This document shows, in pieces, positions 16,545-20,142 of a DNA stretch of 20,142 nt (its first letter is position 1; the number at the start of each line of letters is the position of its first letter). The position numbers were made by a program, and so were the translations under genes. The stretch spans positions 1-20,142 of the forward strand of contig JAWSUI010000062.1 in NCBI GenBank assembly GCA_033551855.1. The letters run 5' to 3'. Under the pieces are notes generated by a model. The model did not search any database, was not told the origin of the DNA, and saw nothing but the letters and a program-made list of their open reading frames with translations. Source of the stretch: Deferrisomatales bacterium. Its GTDB lineage: Bacteria; Desulfobacterota; Deferrisomatia; Deferrisomatales; JACRMM01.

Positions 16545-17483
16545 ATGAGAGCTCTCGGCAAAGCGGCTGTGCTCTTCACCGCCATCGGCGTGCTGCTCTA
16601 CGGCGGCCTGTACTGGACGGCGGAGCGGCTCGTCTACCGCACCGGGCGCACCAACCCCTTCTTCAAGATGGCCACCACAGAGGACCGATCCCTCGACTGG
16701 GTCATCCTCGGCGCCTCCCACGCAATGCCGCTCGACTTCGACGATTTCAACGCCCACATGGAGGCCGCAACGGACCTACGCATCCTGAACCTCGCGGCAC
16801 CCGGCACGGGACCGCTCTACACCCGGTTCGTCCTGGAGCACTTCCTGCGCGGGCGCCGAACCGGGAACGTCCTCTACGTCCTGAACTCCTTCGCCTTCTC
16901 GTCTCGCGCGTGGAACGAGGACCGCTTCGCCGACGCCGGCCTGCTCCGGCGCACCCCCTTCGAGCCGTCCCTGGCCCGACACTTGCTGGAGTACAGCCGG
17001 CGCCACGGCGTGTCGGCCCTCGCCGTGCTCGACTACGTGACGGGCTTCTCCAAGATCAACAACCGGGGGCGCTTCCAGCCGGACATCTGGGAAGGGGAGA
17101 AACAGTTCGACCGGACCCACCGCCCGTCGGCCGTGTCCGACCGCAAGAGAATCAGTTATCTTTACCCGAGCCCGCCGGACGCCGCAGCTCGCGAGCGGTA
17201 CCTGCGGGAGTTCACGGCCCTCCTCACCCTGGCCAGGACCAGGGGCGCCCACGTGGTGGCCGTCAAGATGCCGGTGCCCAAGCGCTTCCACACCCGCCTC
17301 CCGGAGGAAGAGGTCTTCGACCAGGCGGTCAGGAAGCTTCTCGCGGCCGGCGGCGCCGACTTCCACGACTTTTCCCTGACGATGGACGAGCCGCGCTTCT
17401 ACTTTGACACCGACCACCTGAACCGCACGGGGTTGACGGAGTTCTTCGAGCGACACCTGAAGGAGATCCTCCTCACCCCCTGA
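16545..17483 (+). CDS. Membrane-anchored SGNH-fold (DltD/AlgJ-like) acyltransferase/esterase partner, 312 aa
   Basis: N-terminal TM, VILGASH (block I Ser), NLAAPG (block II) and FDTDHLN (block V DxxH). Directly follows the MBOAT. Confidence 0.8.
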   Translation: MRALGKAAVLFTAIGVLLYGGLYWTAERLVYRTGRTNPFFKMATTEDRSLDWVILGASHAMPLDFDDFNAHMEAATDLRILNLAAPGTGPLYTRFVLEHFLRGRRTGNVLYVLNSFAFSSRAWNEDRFADAGLLRRTPFEPSLARHLLEYSRRHGVSALAVLDYVTGFSKINNRGRFQPDIWEGEKQFDRTHRPSAVSDRKRISYLYPSPPDAAARERYLREFTALLTLARTRGAHVVAVKMPVPKRFHTRLPEEEVFDQAVRKLLAAGGADFHDFSLTMDEPRFYFDTDHLNRTGLTEFFERHLKEILLTP

Positions 17484-17511
17484 CATGCCCCTCTCGCCGC
17501 GCAGGATCGCC

Positions 17512-18996
<1,485 letters not shown>

Positions 18997-19195
18997 ACGT
19001 CGGTCCTCGGCCGGTACGCCGGTGTACACGAGCATTGTGGCGGCCCCAGGAGGTTGTCGCATCGGTATGAATGGAAACTCCCGCCTGGTGTTTCCTGATC
19101 TCTCCCCCTTGGGCTGACCGGCAAAGGGCCCGACACTTTGGTCTGGTGTCGTCGTCAGGACGGTTCGATCGCGCGGCGGCAGGACCCCTTATGCC

Positions 19196-19249
19196 TTGAC
19201 CTGAGGGGCGCGTCGGGGCTAGGTTGAATCATGCCGTTGTGCTGCACAA
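19196..19249 (+). promoter_or_regulatory. Putative sigma70 promoter and palindromic operator of the right-hand TA-like operon
   Basis: TTGACC-18 nt-TAGGTT (19196-19225). Perfect inverted repeat TTGTGC-T-GCACAA (19237-19249) lies just before RBS GAGGAGG. Confidence 0.6.
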
Positions 19250-19264
19250 AACGAGGAGGTGCCT

Positions 19265-19519
19265 GTGCCGGCGTTGAAGACGGTGGGTAGCAGCGGGCAG
19301 ATCGCCCTTGGCAAGCAGTACGCGGGCCGCCACGTATTGGTGGATCAGGTCGAACCCGGCGTCTGGATCGTGAAGCTCGGAGAGTTCATCCCGGACAACG
19401 AGCGATGGCTCCACACAGAGGAGGCTCGGGATGCCCTCGACGAGGCCGTGCGCTGGGCCGAGGAGCATCCGTCGGAGCCCACCGACCTGGACGACCTGGC
19501 TACAGCGGTCGAGTCGTGA
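19265..19519 (+). CDS. Putative AbrB/MazE-like antitoxin, 84 aa
   Basis: Strong RBS. KTVGSSGQIALG resembles the AbrB-type N-terminal hairpin, and the C-terminus is acidic. GTGA overlap with the next gene. Confidence 0.7.
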   Translation: MPALKTVGSSGQIALGKQYAGRHVLVDQVEPGVWIVKLGEFIPDNERWLHTEEARDALDEAVRWAEEHPSEPTDLDDLATAVES

Positions 19520-19833
19520 CCGCAGCCGAGGAACCCGTACGGCTCGACCTGAAGGGCCCCGTGTTTCAACGGCAGCTCTTCGGGTTGCCCAAGGATCGTC
19601 AGTGGGCCGTGTTGCGCACCTTGCGCAAGCTTTCCGGCATGACCTGGAATCAGGTTCATCGGGACGGCGGCCTCAAGTGGGAGCAGATCCTCTCGCGGTC
19701 CGGACCCCATGGCTCGAAGCTTTACAGTCTGCGCGTCGATCGGGGGTTCCGGGCCGTAGCCTGCCGGGACGGCTCCTGGCTGCGCATTCTCTCGCTTCAC
19801 CCCGACCACGATTCGGCATACTCCGGACGATGA
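19516..19833 (+). CDS. Putative RelE/ParE-fold toxin, 105 aa
   Basis: Small and basic. LYSLRVDRGFRAV...LRILSLHPDHDSAY resembles RelE/HigB C-terminal strands. Translationally coupled to the upstream acidic gene. Confidence 0.68.
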   Translation: MTAAEEPVRLDLKGPVFQRQLFGLPKDRQWAVLRTLRKLSGMTWNQVHRDGGLKWEQILSRSGPHGSKLYSLRVDRGFRAVACRDGSWLRILSLHPDHDSAYSGR

Positions 19834-20142
19834 GGGGGCAACCGCAGACGGCCCCCGAACCGGAAGACGTGAACCGCAGAGGCAATTGAGTAAGGAGCAG
19901 GGAATGCCGAGTTTAGGTTCACCTTGGCTGTGTCGGCCGTTTCCGGCTTCGTGCCCGTTTAGGCGGAAGTTCTGGTGCAGAAATCGTCTAACCTCCTTGA
20001 ATAGCTGAAGGTTTCAAAAAGCAAAGCAGCGCCTACTGGGTACAATTACAGATGGACACCCAGGAGATCCAGTGCGCGCTGCTGTACCCCGACTTTGACA
20101 GTTGCACGTACATATTTCACAAATTCACAGGTGTGTTTTCCC

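Noticed and set aside
19988..19998. CTAACCTCCTT resembling CTAACCTTCTT at window positions 1-11, a possible island boundary repeat
   Set aside because: Only 10/11 nt and cut by the window edge, so it cannot be told apart from chance.

Overview
High-GC window from a diderm (Gram-negative-type) bacterium; gene content looks deltaproteobacteria-like, which is inference only. Type II toxin-antitoxin pairs sit at both ends: RHH/PIN on the left, AbrB-like/RelE-like on the right. Between them lie a YdbH(AsmA-like)-YdbL envelope locus, a dihaem cytochrome c, two paralogous two-domain multicopper-oxidase genes with complementary copper motifs (the first frameshifted), a methyltransferase remnant, a 7-gene cluster and a HerA/YjgR-like ATPase. 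The 7-gene cluster (11069-17483) is the most unusual part. It encodes a thiamine-diphosphate (ThDP) E1 alpha subunit carrying a twin-arginine signal peptide, a signal-less E1 beta, a YgiT-type zinc finger, two paralogous exported cytochromes c, an AlgI/DltB-type MBOAT and an SGNH/DltD-like protein, with no E2/E3 in the window. This suggests a periplasmic ThDP dehydrogenase coupled to cytochromes and a trans-membrane acyl relay. The intergenic regions carry rearrangement scars that duplicate pieces of neighbouring genes. All calls come from reading motifs by eye; no database search was run.
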